The position numbers and the translations under genes were made by a program. The notes beneath the pieces are model-generated. The model did no database searches, had not been told where the DNA came from, and saw only the letters and a list, made by a program, of their open reading frames with translations. A DNA stretch of 64,000 nucleotides from Octopus sinensis (lineage: Eukaryota): positions 100,130,001-100,194,000 of the forward strand of contig NC_043004.1 of NCBI RefSeq assembly GCF_006345805.1, given 5' to 3'. Of the stretch, positions 41,135 to 55,019 are shown piece after piece; within the stretch, counting starts at the first letter, position 1, and each line of letters opens with the position of its first letter.

Positions 41135-41400
41135 AGGCGACACATGGCCTAGTGGTTAGGTTGCCCAACTCATAATTGCGAGCTCGTGGTTTCAGTTTCT
41201 GAACTAATAGTGCGTCGTACTCTTGAGCAAAATGCTTTATCTTAAGTTTCTCTGCAACTACTCCGACACTTGACAATGCGGTAGATCGTGCTGCTGTTCA
41301 GGCAACGAGGATTTGATAGAGGGTGTGAGTTAAAGCACAGCACTAAACATTTCATTACCAGAAACAAATCATTTGTGGGGGTCGTTCAACAAAAACTGAA
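41135..41400 (+). mobile_element. Old tRNA-derived SINE, CORE-like
   Basis: tggcctagtggttagg head followed by tcttgagcaaaatgcttta. Confidence 0.6.
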
Positions 41401-41424
41401 CGTACATATGTCGTATTGGAAGGG

Positions 41425-41626
41425 AGGCCGCGTGTGTATCGTTACCGATTTCCTTTCTGCGTCTTCCCTTCCTTGGACCTTTCCTTTTCCTTTTTCTATT
41501 TTTCTAACGAAGAGCTCCGCTCGAAACGTTAAGTCCTCCTTCTTTCTTTCCTTTCCTGAGCGTCCAATAACACTCGACTTGTTCCACGTCCTCGCGTTGT
41601 TGTGTTTTCTCTTGTTCAGTTGAGTT

Positions 41627-41630
<4 letters not shown>
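41425..41630 (+). mobile_element. Copy of the 24505-24715 family; hammerhead variant at 41500-41534
   Basis: CUAACGA-A-GAGC UCC GCUC-GAAA-CGUU; the 3' end joins (TA)n. Confidence 0.7.
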
Positions 41631-41692
<62 letters not shown>

Positions 41693-41695
<3 letters not shown>

Positions 41696-41960
41696 TCAGG
41701 GTGAAACTTGATAATTGTAAGCACCTGTATATGCCATTTAGTTGTGTAGGTGATAGAGTATATTTATCAAAATAAAAACATGATGCAAAGGATTTAGCGG
41801 TACATATGTTTCTGGCTTTTATTAGACGGTTTATATCAATGCATAATTGATGTAGTTTGTATGTCAATAGCCTTCTTCAGCCATACAAATTACATCAGTT
41901 ATGCATTGATATAAACCGTCTAATAAAAGTCAGAAACATATGTACTGCTAAATCCTTTGC
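41693..41960 (-). mobile_element. Fold-back PLE pseudo-LTR remnant with long-loop hammerhead motif
   Basis: Arms 41785-41863 / 41882-41960, 18-nt spacer, ~90-bp tail to (TA)n. Confidence 0.7.
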
Positions 41961-42425
41961 CCACCGTAAATACATATGATATATAGAGGCAAAATTGCCG
42001 AATGGCGAGTTCCCGTATTTGTTCTTAGTGAGTGACGTTTTGGGGAAACACCGCTTTTTATAACATCGTGTTTCTTTATGCGTTGTAAGTGAAGGTAAGT
42101 CGATGGAGACTACAATATTGAATCCCCATCTGGTGGATTTTACTCTCATTTAAAATATTACAGCTTTGTCAAGCAGATTCTGCATGATAACGCCATTAGA
42201 GTTACACACGTTCAGTAGAACGCTCAGCTACGTAAGTGTTAATTCAGGGGCAGATAATTCGCATGAGCAAGCAACTAAATTGTCACCGTTGTGCGATGAA
42301 AATCTATCTCCTATTCGATAATGACACTCACACACACACACACACACACACACGCATACACACACACACACACGCACACACACGCACGCACGCACACACG
42401 CACGCACGCACACACACACATATAT

Positions 42426-42647
42426 CTTTTACTCTTTTGCTTGTTTCAGTCATTTGACTGTGGCCATGCTGGAACACCGCCTTTAGTCGAGCAACTCGAC
42501 CCTGGAACTTATTCTTTGTAAGCCCAGTACATATTCCATCGGTCTCTTTTGCCGAACCGCTAATGTTACGGGGACATAAACACACCAGCATCGGTTGTCA
42601 AGCAATGCTAGGGAGACAAACACACACCACACACACACACACACACA

Positions 42648-42690
<43 letters not shown>

Positions 42691-42854
42691 TACGACGGGC
42701 TTCTTCAGTTTCTGTCTACCAAATCCACTCACAAGGCTTTGGTCAGCCCGAGGCTATAGTAGAAGACACCTGCCCAAGGTGCCACGCAGTGGGTTTGAAC
42801 CCAGAACCATATTGTTGGTAAGCAAGCTACTTACTACAGAGCCACTCCTGCGCC
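42426..42854 (-). mobile_element. SINE family A full copy
   Basis: Matches the other copies. Confidence 0.95.
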
Positions 42855-43267
42855 ATATATATATATACATACACAAACACAGTTATAATTATATATTCCT
42901 ATATGAATATGTAAATTACCTTTATAGTACATGTGATATTTATTAATGAACGTATGTATGCATGCATGTATGCATGTATGTGTGTGCGTATATGAGTAAG
43001 TATGTATGTATACAAATGCAAATGGTTATGTGCACTCTTAAACTTAGCCCAATATACAAAATTATGCAGACGTTGCGCACATGCATATATACAATGTAAT
43101 GACACATATGCAACAACGTGATTTAGGAAAGGTTTTCAAGAATCTCTCCACGTTTGACACCCAACATTGAGCTCCGCACATCAATTTGAAATCAAACCTT
43201 ACGGGGATACATGCATAAACACACGCGTACACATGCATACAATTATTCACATTTGCATAGTCATGAA

Positions 43268-43390
43268 TATGTGTGTGCTTGTGTGCACATACATATGTAT
43301 ATATATATATATATAATGTGTGTGTGTTTGTGTGTATGCGTGTGTGTGTGCGTGTGTGTGTATGTGTGTGCTTGTGTGCACATACATATG

Positions 43391-43421
<31 letters not shown>

Positions 43422-43600
43422 TTGTGTGTATGCGTGTGTGTGTGCGTGTGTGTGTGCGTGTGTGTGTATGTGTGTGCTTGTGTGCACATACATATGTATA
43501 TATATATATATATATGTGTGTGTGTTTGTGTGTATGCGTGTGTGTGTACGTGTCAGTGTGTGTGCGTGTGTGTGTATGTGTGTGCTTGTGTGTACATACA
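43268..43600 (+). repeat. Minisatellite built from TG/TA microsatellites (4 units, ~95-110 bp)
   Basis: atgtgtgtgcttgtgtg(c/t)acataca recurs at ~43269, 43362, 43468 and 43576; 43620-43785 is also duplicated at ~44049-44205. Confidence 0.85.
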
Positions 43601-43788
43601 AATGTATTTGTGTATTTGTGAGTGTCTGTGTGAGAGAGAGAGAGAGAGCTTGTGTGTCAGTATATGTTTATATAGTATATACTTATATACATATATATAT
43701 ATATGTATATATGTGTGTTTGTGTTAGTATGTGTGTGTGTGTGTCGGTACATACGTAAACACCTTAGATAAAAAGACACATACAAATG

Positions 43789-43837
<49 letters not shown>

Positions 43838-44107
43838 TGTGTATGTGACGTATTGTGTATGTTTATGTGTATATGTATGTATGCAGAATAATATTGGATA
43901 TCCTTCGATACTGTGTCGGTCGGAAACAAGACATACATCCACGTCATTTACATATTCATTTACATATATATGCATGAGCATGCATGTGTGTGTGTGTGTG
44001 TGTGTATGTGTGTGTGAGAGTGTGTGGTGTGTGCGTGTTGTGTATGTATGAGTGTCTGTGTCACAGAGAGAGCTTGTGTGTCAGTATATGTGTATATAGT
44101 ATATACT

Positions 44108-44148
<41 letters not shown>

Positions 44149-44349
44149 GTGTGTGTGTGTGTGTGTCGGTACATATTTAAACACCTTAGATAAAAAGACA
44201 CATACACATAGAGAACAACGGTATCATTACCACAATTACTATCATCATCATCATCATCGTCATCATCATCATCATCAACAAATAGAATGGTAGAAAAGCA
44301 ATCACATTTGCTTAAGGTCCTTACTGGAGTTGAGCATGAAAAAAGTTAC

Positions 44350-44536
44350 CTCCCGCAACCACCACCAGTTGTCATCCAGCATCTTTTCGTTGGTGATGTG
44401 GTTGACATACATTACTGTAAACAAAACTCAAGTACAGCAATGCATACCAAACAGGTTGCATGCCAAATTGAATTACAGCTGCGTAGGATCCCGGTATGAG
44501 GTCTCCCGGGACGAGAGAAAGGGAGTGGTAATGAGA
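44350..44536 (-). CDS. Candidate host-gene exon, possibly containing the start codon (MYVNHITNEKMLDDNWWWLRE)
   Basis: Unique, relatively GC-rich island; acceptor tttttttctttcacag at 44537 (alternative ttttgtttacag at 44415); donor GAG|gtaact at 44350; ATG at 44412 is open to the donor. Protein not recognised. Confidence 0.4.
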
Positions 44537-44719
44537 CTGTGAAAGAAAAAAAGGGCTGTGGTTTGTGGAATTCATTGTAAACCATAGCTTGATACGAAGT
44601 TGAGAAGCTACGATCGTGATTATGTATGTGTTAGCGTGTAGCATGCAATAGAATGTCTATATGAATATATCTATGCACATGTATGTGTATGTAGATATGC
44701 ACGCATTTATATATATATA

Positions 44720-44796
<77 letters not shown>

Positions 44797-44890
44797 TTAT
44801 TATACAAACATATATATGCATGTATGTATGCATACTTACGAACGTATAATGTATACATGCACATATATTGTATATTATATATGTACATAC

Positions 44891-44961
<71 letters not shown>

Positions 44962-47283
44962 GTGTGTGTGCATGTGTGTGTGTGTATGTTTGTGCGTGAG
45001 TGAATGTATCGATCTGTGTATGTCTATGTGTGTGTTAGTCAATGCGTGTGTCTGTGTACACAGCGGGTTGTATTGGAAGTCCAATGAAAGTGATGCACTG
45101 GAAATAAAACATTATTTTACTGTGTGAGAAATATATATCTAAAAGAAAGAGAATACTTGAGTATTTTTGTTTGTTTGTTTGTGTGAGCTTCCATATATGT
45201 TTGCGTGCTTCCATATGTGTGTGTGTTCCATAGAGGTGCATGTTAAAATGTCTGCGTATATAGAAGTAAAGAGCAGAGATTGGGAGAGAGAAAGCATATA
45301 CATTGTGCGTTATATGGAAAGCAATATAAAATGTGTAAGAGAAAGAATAATGGAGCGTTTGTAAGAAAGAAGAACATGAAGAGGCATATCGGGAGGTAAA
45401 TGTATGTGAAGAACAGGTGTGTGCGTATGTGTGTGCGGGAGTTATGTTTGTGAGGGGGGTGAATTTGTGTTTTTTTTATATGTCTCTATGTAAACGTGAA
45501 TGTGTGTATGTGTCAGTGTGTGTTTGTGTGTGTGTGTGTGTGCTCAAATGAAAACTGAATCCATGTACATGTTGTTGAGATTTCGCCTTTTAAGCTTGCT
45601 AGCAAATTTAAGACAATACTAAACCAGATGACAGCACACTTGATGACGAAAGCCAAGAAGACTTAATTTAGAATGTAAAGAATTATTATTATCTCACTTG
45701 ATGAAAAAAATAATTAGCGACAATATAATTTATCCGTCAGAATTATAGAAAATCAGGAATCAATTTATTATTCAAATTCAATAATTTATTTTTTACCACC
45801 TGTTTCGGTCTCTCAAGCCTTTTCCAGCACTTTATCTGTACAATACGAAAATTAATTATTCAATGAATTCAAGACGTATCACATGTCAAGTGAATCCAAC
45901 TATATATTGATGCTATTGACAAAAACATCCAACATGAAATCTGCGACCTACTAAACCTAGTGAGATGTGACAACGATCTCTCGCGCTGCATGGATAAATG
46001 GATCTCAGTTGAGAATGCTTGAAGAACAGGAAAAGACATTTAAAGGGAAAAAAGTCGTAAATTGTTGAATTTATATATTACGTTATCTTCTGAATGTGTA
46101 GATCTAAGAAAAGTAAAATGCTATGTCTCATCCCGAATCTCTTCTACCTTTCAAATAGAATATACGAGCGGACGCTGGGAAGTTCCTGGCTTTAACGTTG
46201 TCGCATATTGTAGGACTTATGTAGGCTGTAAAAGCAAGAAGTCTATCTAAATGATAGCAACAATGGAAATATCAACGAAATGCCAACGGAGAAATAGTAG
46301 CCAAATTCATTCAAATCACGCCCTATCGTCTAATTTGAAGATAACTTCCATGGTGCACACTTAGAGTTCCCGTGCGCGCTCCTATCGATCGCTAGCAGTC
46401 ATGAGTGATTTCATAATTAATCAAGCACTAGACGCCTGACACCTAATTCAAGGTGTGGACATATACTTTCGTTAATACTGTTTGCAAGAGATTGCGCTAA
46501 CTTGACGCTAATTACTAGCAAAACACTCTCAGGGAGTCGCAAATCTTTCTTATCGGGGAAAAAGTAACAATCAAAGCAATACATAATTCATGGTCCCTGC
46601 AGCTGCTGTCGTAAAATGCTTGCGATTCGTAGCAAAAGATCGGCCCTCTAATTGCCGCGTGACATGCTTTCTTTTAATGTCTTCTGCCATTGGTATTGGC
46701 TTCAACAAGACTCTTTTCCACAGAATACTATTTATTAGTTTAACTATGAATTGAGGTATATTCGGTTCTCCGAGACATTGCATTTCCTCATGCACTGGGT
46801 AAAAAATATAAATATACTCCAGTGAGAGAGCTGTGTGATGAAATGGCATTTCACATGATTTGGTGTGATCACTTCGTTTTGCTACATGATAGACATGGTC
46901 ATGAAATAATGTTTTTCTTTATAACTTAATTATAGTTTAAGTTCAATTTTCAGCTGATGTAAAGGGAGATGGGGACTGGGGGATGTTGCAGGAAAACATA
47001 GGGAGTGTGTTCGGATTGCTGTGCTAAGAGAAATGGATTTATATTGTAGGGTGGTTTACGTAGGTTATCGAATGACCAGGTGAACAGTTTGTGTAAGAGA
47101 ACCGCTTGCTGTAAGAGTTAAACACCCCATTATTATCCCATAAGTGATGGTACAGTATAAGACTGATGAAAACGCTTTTTTTGACTCATAACAACATAGA
47201 ACTTAGTATCAGTTTGACCCAACTTAGTTAATATTGCATAATTTAATTATTAAGTAGCTGTATCTATAACAAGTAATCATTAG

Positions 47284-47315
<32 letters not shown>

Positions 47316-47479
47316 GCTGGATAACCCGTCAAGTGTAAATAAACATCGTTGTTGAGAATGTTTTCTTTCTTCCAATCAGCTATATTATGAGGATGGATTA
47401 TAATTAATTTAGTGATTTACTGGCATTCAATGATGGCGTATTTGTACTAGTTGTATTGGCTGATTTCAGCTTAGAGTTA

Positions 47480-48100
47480 AAGGCATTCTCAATTGATCAT
47501 AAATCACAACTATCTAATAAAATATTAGTAACTTCAGCAAAATAGTCAGCATCATATCTAAATGGTGATGTATGGAAATCATTAATATAGTCTAAGAAGA
47601 GCAGTGAATCTAAGATACGGATGCCCGTGGGACACTTTTCGTTATTTATTATAATAAATACCGTCTGAGTTCTATTCCGGAAAAATCGCTGTTGATGTTT
47701 CAGATGTGGCGTGAACTGAGAAGATGTAAAGAGGAAAATTAATGTATATTACTTTACATCGACTTTAAACACCTAGATTACCTGAAAGGTAGCATTGTGT
47801 ATTAATGTATTCAGTCATCTTATAATTGAAATTGTTTCTAACTCATTTTTAAAGGAACTGTCAAAGCCGGGGAAAATGTTGATTTTTCATTGGAATAACT
47901 TCATATGATGTAAATTACGATCTCTAATGAAAATAAATTGCAGAGAATCTAAATGACAGCGACTTTTAGGAAGACGATGTCATTTTTCAATAAGTCTTCA
48001 CAGCTCATTATATTTCTTATTCAGCATGGCTTATATTTACCCAACGTTCAGATTTGCTTCGAAATAGCTGATATTTCTTTTTCTTCTTTACATCGTGCTG
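47480..48100 (-). pseudogene. Decayed LINE (CR1/L2/Jockey-like) reverse transcriptase fragment
   Basis: RFFRNRTQTV...ILDSLLFLDYIND...YFAEVT resembles FLxNRxQxV..GSILGPLLFLIYIND..FADDT. Confidence 0.55.
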
Positions 48101-48364
48101 TCGATGCTAACAATTCCTGTAAAAGAATAGTATCCGACACTTGCTCATACGTCTACTGATCTTAAATTGCAGCGTAAACATTGAATAGTTGTTACAAAGG
48201 ATATAGGTACGAGCCGGGTTTTATATTAAAAGCTGGGAGGATTTTAAGCGATACATCATGTTCTTTACGTTATTAGGATGTTTCCCTCTGTAGCAATTGT
48301 CTTCAATATAAGTATAGTTATTCGGTTTATGGGCTTCACATTAATAGTATAATGAGAGTCGAGT

Positions 48365-48752
48365 GGAGGCGCAATGGCCCAGTGGTTAGGGCAGCGGACT
48401 CGCGGTCATAGGATCGCGGTTTCGATTCCCAGACCGGGCGTTGTGAGTGTTTATTGAGCGAAAACACCTAAAAGCTCCACAAAGCTCCGGCAGGGGATGG
48501 TGGTGATCCCTGCTGTACTCTTTCACCACAACTTTCTCTCACTCTTACTTCCTGTTTCTGTTCTACCTGTATTTCAAAGGGCCGGCCTTGCCACTTTCTG
48601 TGTCACGCTGAATATCCCCGAGAACTACGTTAAGGGTGCACGTGTCTGTGGAGTGCTCAGCCACTTACACGTTAATTTCACGAGCAGGCTGTTCCGTTGA
48701 TTCGGATCAACCGGAACCCTCGTCGTCGTAACCGACGGAGTGCTTCCATCCA
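48365..48752 (+). mobile_element. SINE family B full copy
   Basis: Near-identical to 34880-35263. Confidence 0.95.
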
Positions 48753-49459
48753 TAAGGAGCGTCGGTAAACATACACACGTACATGTAGATACGCATACTT
48801 TCATCTATACATACATGCATACATATATAAAATTATACTACAGCTGTCACTCGGAATCGAGATTGATTTGGTAACACGAAAGAAGAGTTCGCGCTTTGTT
48901 TCGCAAATTGTTTACGAGTGACTTTGTATTTGTGAGCAGCCATAGACACTTTTCACGTTTGAATCCTTTTACCACAAAACGAGCTGCCCGAACCAGGAAT
49001 CAAACACACGATCTTAATGATCGTCATTCCAAAGACACAACTTCAAATGTACGAATACATTTGTATAAACCGCAGTTTCGAACGAAATCACTCTCAAACT
49101 TTTCCTTGCAAAAGAGAACATGCATCTATGTATACATGAAGCATACAGAACGACTTTTCAAGATGCAGCCAATATACATCCACCATGTGCGAGTATGTGT
49201 GAGTGTGGTTCTGTAAATTTCTGTGAGGTTAACATGGAAACATGCAAAGAAAAGACAACTGTCAGCAGAATTAGCGAAGCGTTGTTTAGACCACATTTTC
49301 TTTGCACTTCCTCATAAACAGATCAGTATGTACAATGCCAGGAAAGGGCTGCTCATTCATTTGAGATGCTGCCAAGTTCTTCATCGTCATAGTTTTGAAA
49401 CAAGAAGACTACAATATCCCAAGCCACTGGTTTGCAAGTATATATATATACATGCATTC

Positions 49460-49508
<49 letters not shown>

Positions 49509-49531
49509 CAACATATATATATATACATATC

Positions 49532-49602
<71 letters not shown>

Positions 49603-49612
<10 letters not shown>

Positions 49613-49971
49613 TAAATAAGGATAATATCGATATTTAAATATCGGTATTATCAAGTGGCCAGCATGGGAATAAATACCATACAAAGGTAATACTTTTTTA
49701 CAACTAAAGATAAGGGTGTCTGAGAGACACCACCATGCCGAAATAGCAGTCAAATTCCCTGACTCTAAGAACCACCTTAAAATGTTCATATCGCACCATG
49801 AGATAAGACAGAGGGACGAAATAGACTAGCAAAAAATATTACTGAATAATTCTATTTTGTCCTCTATCTTATCTCATAGTGCGATATGAACATTTAAGGT
49901 GGTTCTTAGAGTCAGGGATTTGACTGCTATTTCGGCATGGTGGTGTCTCTCAGACACCCTTATCTTTAGTT
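49603..49971 (-). mobile_element. Fold-back element (PLE pseudo-LTR-like), no canonical hammerhead
   Basis: Arms 49702-49825 / 49851-49971, ~100-bp tail, (TA)n flanks. Confidence 0.7.
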
Positions 49972-49972
49972 A

Positions 49973-49977
<5 letters not shown>

Positions 49978-50008
<31 letters not shown>

Positions 50009-50201
50009 TGTATGTATGTATGTATGTATTATGTATGTTTGTAGGTCTGTATGTATGTATGTATGTATGTATGGATGGATGGATGGATGGATGGATGGAT
50101 GGATGGATGGATAGATGGATGTATGTATGTATGGATGTATACACAAACATGCAGGAAGTAAGTAGACAACTTTAATTTTCAAAACCTTTTATTTAGTTAT
50201 A

Positions 50202-50237
<36 letters not shown>

Positions 50238-50721
50238 TGTATGTATGTTTGTATGTATATATGTATGTATGTATGTTTGTATGTCTGTATGTTTGTATGT
50301 ATGTATGTATGTATGTATGTATGTATGTATGTATGTATGTATGTATGTATGTATGGATGGATGGATGGATGGATGGATAGATGGATGGATGTATGTATGG
50401 ATGGATGTATGGATGGATGGATGGATGGATGGATGGATGGATGGATGGATTGATGGATGTATGTATGATGGATGTATGATGTATGGATGATGGATGGATG
50501 GATGGATGATGGATGGATGGATGGATGGATGGATGAGGGATGGATGGATGTATGTATGGATGGAGGATTGGATGGATGTATGTATGTATGTATGTATGGA
50601 TGGATGGATGGATGGATGTAATGTATGGATGTATGTATGGATGGATGGATGGATGGATGGATGGATGGATGGATGGATGGATGTATGGATGGATGGATGG
50701 ATGGATGGATGTATGGATGTA
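49978..50721 (+). repeat. (TATG)n/(GATG)n compound microsatellite, duplicated
   Basis: Two blocks, each ending in the Tc1 terminal sequence. Confidence 0.9.
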
Positions 50722-50723
50722 TA

Positions 50724-51996
50724 CACAGACATGCAGGAAGTAAGTAGACAACTTTAATTTTCAAAACCTTTTATTTAATACGCAAAGCGAACAATTGAAA
50801 TGTAATCGATAGGTAGGACTACATACTTTAGTATTTAGTTGACATTCCCTTTGCAGTTTTTTTATTGAGAAACTCTTTTTGGCTTTGAACTGATGAGCTT
50901 TGTGATTGTCTCTTGTGGAATTTCTGCCCACTTTTCATGTAACAATCGAAACAATTCATCTTTAGATTCAGGTTTCTGTTGAGTTTTTCGTATAGCTCTA
51001 TCTAGTAGGCTCCAAAGATTTTCAATTGGATCCATATAAGGAGATTGGCTCGGCCAAGGAAGCTTTTTGATTCTATTTTCAGTCAGCCATTGTTGACTAC
51101 TTTTCACTGTGTGGCATGGAGCCCTATCTTCCTTGAATAAAAACTCGTTTTTCGTTATGTTATCGAGTGAATACATCGGAAGTAGTCCTTGCTTAAGTAT
51201 TTCGATGTATTTTCCAGAGTTTATGGTTCTAACACATTCGATCAGCTCAGAATGACCGTTGCTGGTGATAGCTCCCAAAACCATTACAGAGATACCGTCA
51301 CGTTTCACAGTTAGTTAGAGTCGTTTCAAATCAAATTCTTGATAGGGAAGCCTCCAGATCCAAATACGTCCACTGTCTGAAAATAATGCAAATCTGGATT
51401 CATCTGAGAAAATCACTCTATCCCAAAATGAACCTTTTCTGACATCTCCTTAGCCCATTTCTCTCTTTTCGTGATATTAATTGGTTGAAAGAGAGGTTTT
51501 CTTCTAGCGGCTCGTCCATAATACCCAAGCTTATGCAGGTATGTAACACACGTTCTTGGGCTAACTTCTTGCTGTTTTGCAATATCAGAAGCATTCGAAC
51601 GGGATATGTTTTCCACAATTCTCTTCAAGCAGTGAAGCTTACTTTCGGAGGGCCCAGGTCTGCCGGAACGAGAATCTATTGATTTTTTCCTTGGATTTTG
51701 AATTGAACTATAATTCTATTAACAGTATCCAGAGGAATTTGAAAATCTTCGGCAATTTTTCGCTGACTAAATCCAGCCTTAGATTGACCAACAATACGAC
51801 CGCTTTCAAAATCTCACAGTTCTAGTAAATTTTTTGTGAGTGGCATGGTTACTCTTCGCAAATGTTTAATATACTGGCACCTGGAATGAAAAAGAATTAT
51901 TACATTGTAAATTCTACACCGCTGAAAATATATTAAGACGCTTAGATCAGAAATTTTGAAACTTAAATGTGTCTATTTACTTCCTGCATATCTGTG
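50724..51996 (-). mobile_element. Tc1-like DD34E transposon, near full length, pseudogenised transposase
   Basis: TIR cacaga(c/t)atgcaggaagtaa(g/a)tagaca at both ends; ATG at 51846; ARRKP, VIFSDESRF, EDRAPCH...PIENLW with 34 residues between D and E; stops and frameshifts. Confidence 0.93.
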
Positions 51997-51998
51997 GG

Positions 51999-52115
<117 letters not shown>

Positions 52116-53508
52116 TATCATTCCCCACTTGTTGAAGTGCATGTTTTCCACAGCGCATTTTCTACCGTGTGTTTTCCAAGAAGCTCCTGTACATGAAATT
52201 GATTATAGCGACTGAAGAATGAGCTACTCACTTTGAAAATCGAACATTATTCTACACGGTGGCCCAACATTGGCTTGGACAACCAGAAGTTGAATGCTCC
52301 ACAGGGTTTTATACTAGAATATACGTTCCGGAGCAAACGTTCGCCATAAAGAAGTTTTATATTCTTGCACAATTGAAAGATAGTTGCTGATGTTGTGTTA
52401 GATTCATTGACTCATCATGTTGAAAGATATCTTTTTCGTTGTTGCGTTTTTAGCAACACTTCCTTCCTTGCAAATCTGGGATTTGATCTAGTTTAGAAGT
52501 TAACGACCCGAAGATGCCAAAGGCTTTACTAATCTTACGTATTACGAATAGCACACATGAGAGGTCTGACAAAGTCGTATCTATTTATTTATCTATCTTT
52601 CTATCTGTCTATCTTTCTGTGTATCTCTGTCTATATGTGTACGTACATATATACATATATAAGGATACTTGTGTGTAATATATATATATATATATATAAT
52701 ATATATATACATATATACATATATATATATCTATATTATATATATATATATCATATATATATATGTACGCATATGTATATGTATGTATATGTATATGCAT
52801 GTATATATATATATGTGTACGGATGGATTGATGGTTGCGTGTGTATGCCTTATGTACGCCCGTATGTTTCACGTTCTTTAATTTGTTTCAACCATCACGG
52901 CCTAAGCAATCCTGAAACACTAACTTCATATATTATACATATCACACACACACATTCACAAACACACACATACAAACACACACGCACACACGCGTTCACA
53001 CATGCATAGAACCACAAACACCTGTAATAAAATATATATATATATAGATAGATAGATACTTCCAATTAGAGATTTTTCGCTACCTTCAAACCAAAAGAGA
53101 CCGCCCAACTTCCGCAATGGCTTGTAAGTTCATTATCACCCAACATCCTCCACCACCACCAGAACTATTCTCCTCCTCATCCTCATCATCATCATCATCA
53201 TTGCCGTCAGCAACAGCAATAGCAGTATCGTCTTTGTCATCATCATTTGATATTGAAAAGTGTTGCTAATGGGTTTCACTTGGTTCGAAGTGGAAAAAAT
53301 AATAAAAAAGAAAATAAAAAATAAAAAAACGTAACTTTATAAATTATTGAGAAGTGGTAAATATGGATGTTTCGTTTGACACCGAAGGAAAGAGTAACGG
53401 ATTGATGAGTCACGTGCTGTGAAAGAGTGGTGGTGGCGGTGATGGTGGTGGTGGTGTTGCTGGGTCTGGTAGATTTGATTTTGTTCCTCCTGCTCAGTGA
53501 AGATTGGC

Positions 53509-53509
<1 letters not shown>

Positions 53510-53551
<42 letters not shown>

Positions 53552-53592
53552 CAGCAGCAGCAGAAGAAGAAGAAGATGAAGAAATAGAAGAA

Positions 53593-53624
<32 letters not shown>

Positions 53625-53720
53625 AGAAGAAGAGGAGGAGGAGGAGGAAGAAGAAGAAGAAGAAGAAGAAGAAGAAGAAGAAGAAGAAGAAGAAGAAGAA
53701 GAAGAAGAAGAAGAAGAAGA
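53510..53720 (+). repeat. (GTA)n(GCA)n(GAA)n compound microsatellite
   Basis: Directly visible. Confidence 0.95.
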
Positions 53721-54265
53721 CAGCAACAGTAGCTGTAGTGATGGTGTTGTGAGGGAGTTCGACCATATCACGTTTCTGATCGGGTAAATCTAGTCTAAAG
53801 TCGTTCCAGCTGTGACCACTGCGACTTTCCTTTTAAAGAGTTGGAATTGCTTAGAAGTAAATTTAGAAGTCAAAATGAACTCAGAATGTAAAAATGGACG
53901 AAATGACGCTAAGCATTTTCCCGGAGTTCTTACGATTCCGAATAATATTTATTTCTAAAAATATGACAATATGACATTTTAAGTATTGAATAGTTATGAA
54001 TGTCCACCCATGTAAAACAGAGATCAAAAGGCTCTATAGTGCAAAAATGTTTGAAAACTACTGGTTTAGAGTCTAGAATAAAATGCGTTGCAGTACTTAT
54101 CCGGTTCTCCGCTCTCTACCCTGAAATCCTGATGCAGACAACTAGACCTTATTTCTTTCGGGGTCAATAAAATAAAATACTAGTCCAGTACAGGGAATTA
54201 GAAAAATTGTTGATTTGATGGTTGCGGTACCTTACAGAATTTGTTCCAGTTTTATGTATACTCTG

Positions 54266-54686
54266 TTTTACTCTTTTACTTGTTTCAGTCATTTGACTGT
54301 GGCCATGCTGGAGCACCGCTTTTAGACGAGCAAATCGACCCCGGGACTTATTCTTTGTAAGTCCAGTACTTATTCTATCGGTCTCTTTTGCCGAACCGCT
54401 AAGTGACGGTGACGAAACACACCAGCATCGGTTGTCAAGCAATGCTAGGGGGACAAACACATACACACACACATACATATATATATATATACATATATAC
54501 ATATATATATATATACATATATACGACAGGCTTCTTTCAGTTTCCGTCTACCAAATTCACTCACAAGGCATTGGTCGGCCCGGGGCTATAGCAGAAGACA
54601 CTTGCCCAAGATGCCACGCAGTGGGACTGAACCCGGAAACGTGTGGTTGGTTAGCAAGCTACTTAGCACACAGCCACTCCTGCACC
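54266..54686 (-). mobile_element. SINE family A full copy
   Basis: Matches the other copies. Confidence 0.95.
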
Positions 54687-55019
54687 TATTGATTTCATTC
54701 GAATTAAATTTAATCGCTCAGGTGCTTCACCACCAGCAACGAGTCTTTGAGATGCCTTCTATAAAGTATGCTTTGTCACAAGCATTCGAGCCATAACTCA
54801 AATATTTGTAGATAAATTCCACCCTTCATCACGCAGGATTCAGTGGTCAAGAAAAGTAACGGGTCACAAACATTATCCATTCCTCCCTGAATAAATGGCT
54901 AAAAATGCTTCGTGTCAATCTAAGCCTCGTGAATGAAATCTGGTACAAAGAATCTGCATGAAAATGCGTGGATTGCATCTGTAAGTGAAAGGGGCCAAGC
55001 CTCCCACACAAAGCTCATT

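Noticed and set aside
45794-45832. Minus-strand CUGGAAA..GAAACAGGU hammerhead-like string
   Set aside because: Core and helix I are too degenerate to support
49715-49752. Hammerhead at ctgagag...gaaatagcagtc
   Set aside because: The core does not fit CUGANGA, and helices II and III cannot be formed
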